64,000 nucleotides of DNA from an uncultured Planctomycetales bacterium (GTDB lineage: Bacteria > Omnitrophota > Gorgyraeia > Zapsychrales > Fredricksoniimonadaceae). Numbering within the stretch: the stretch's first letter is position 1. Below are more notes on the stretch, generated by a model that did no database searches, was not told the origin of the DNA, and worked only from the letters and a program-made list of their open reading frames with translations. Location: assembly GCA_964572155.1 (NCBI GenBank), contig CAZNDZ010000001.1, positions 143,300-207,299 on the forward strand, in the 5' to 3' direction. The DNA itself is not shown here.

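Noticed and set aside
24498-63879. About 60 plus-strand ORFs of 60-233 aa listed by the ORF track between 24.5 and 63.9 kb (for example 41635-42336, 44773-45330, 45962-46339, 57727-58140)
   Set aside because: All lie antisense to the 40-kb giant frame and have low-complexity, stop-poor translations typical of the complement of an AT-rich coding strand. None has an SD or a recognisable motif.

Overview
This 64-kb window comes from an AT-rich (roughly 40% GC) bacterial chromosome, probably a diderm. The diderm call rests on a BamE-like lipoprotein, a DsbA-like protein and a PBP5-type carboxypeptidase. The window has two very different parts.

Left part (1-23.6 kb), mostly ordinary genes:
- An ACP/DltC-like carrier protein next to three large polytopic membrane proteins. 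One looks YfhO/GT-C-like; the other two are tandem paralogs.
- tRNA-Asp, a DUF502 membrane protein, and tRNA-Val with a duplicated 3'-end fragment beside it.
- An APC amino-acid permease.
- A minus-strand pyrimidine operon, pyrR-pyrB-pyrC-[tRNA-Arg]-LOG-mutM-pyrK-pyrD-pyrF.
- A secreted phage tail-fibre-like protein with a C-terminal S74 intramolecular-chaperone domain.
- A REP-associated tyrosine transposase (RAYT) flanked by an inverted pair of palindromes.
- A co-directional string of genes: rsmI, glmS, rpmA, a DsbA-like protein, a D-Ala-D-Ala carboxypeptidase, trmB, a BamE-like lipoprotein and an AlkD-like DNA-alkylation repair protein.

Right part (23,676 to the window end): one uninterrupted minus-strand ORF of 40.25 kb (13,416 codons in the window). 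It is still open at the window edge, so the gene is larger than what is visible here. Reading the protein directly, it alternates soluble domains with at least 13 clusters of transmembrane helices. The recognisable modules are:
- a LysM peptidoglycan-binding domain bracketed by a signal-peptide-like segment and a TM helix;
- a zincin HEXXH site (HELTH);
- a long HEAT-like alpha-solenoid;
- a GlmS-like module, with a class-II glutamine-amidotransferase domain (conserved Cys) and a SIS domain;
- an S2P/M50-like intramembrane HEFGH motif;
- two sets of internal repeat domains;
- a C-terminal Rel/SpoT-type HD (ppGpp-hydrolase-like) domain.

I read this as a previously undescribed giant membrane-woven multi-enzyme protein. 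It may be a polyprotein processed at internal sites. All domain calls come from motif reading and remain hypotheses until profile searches are run.
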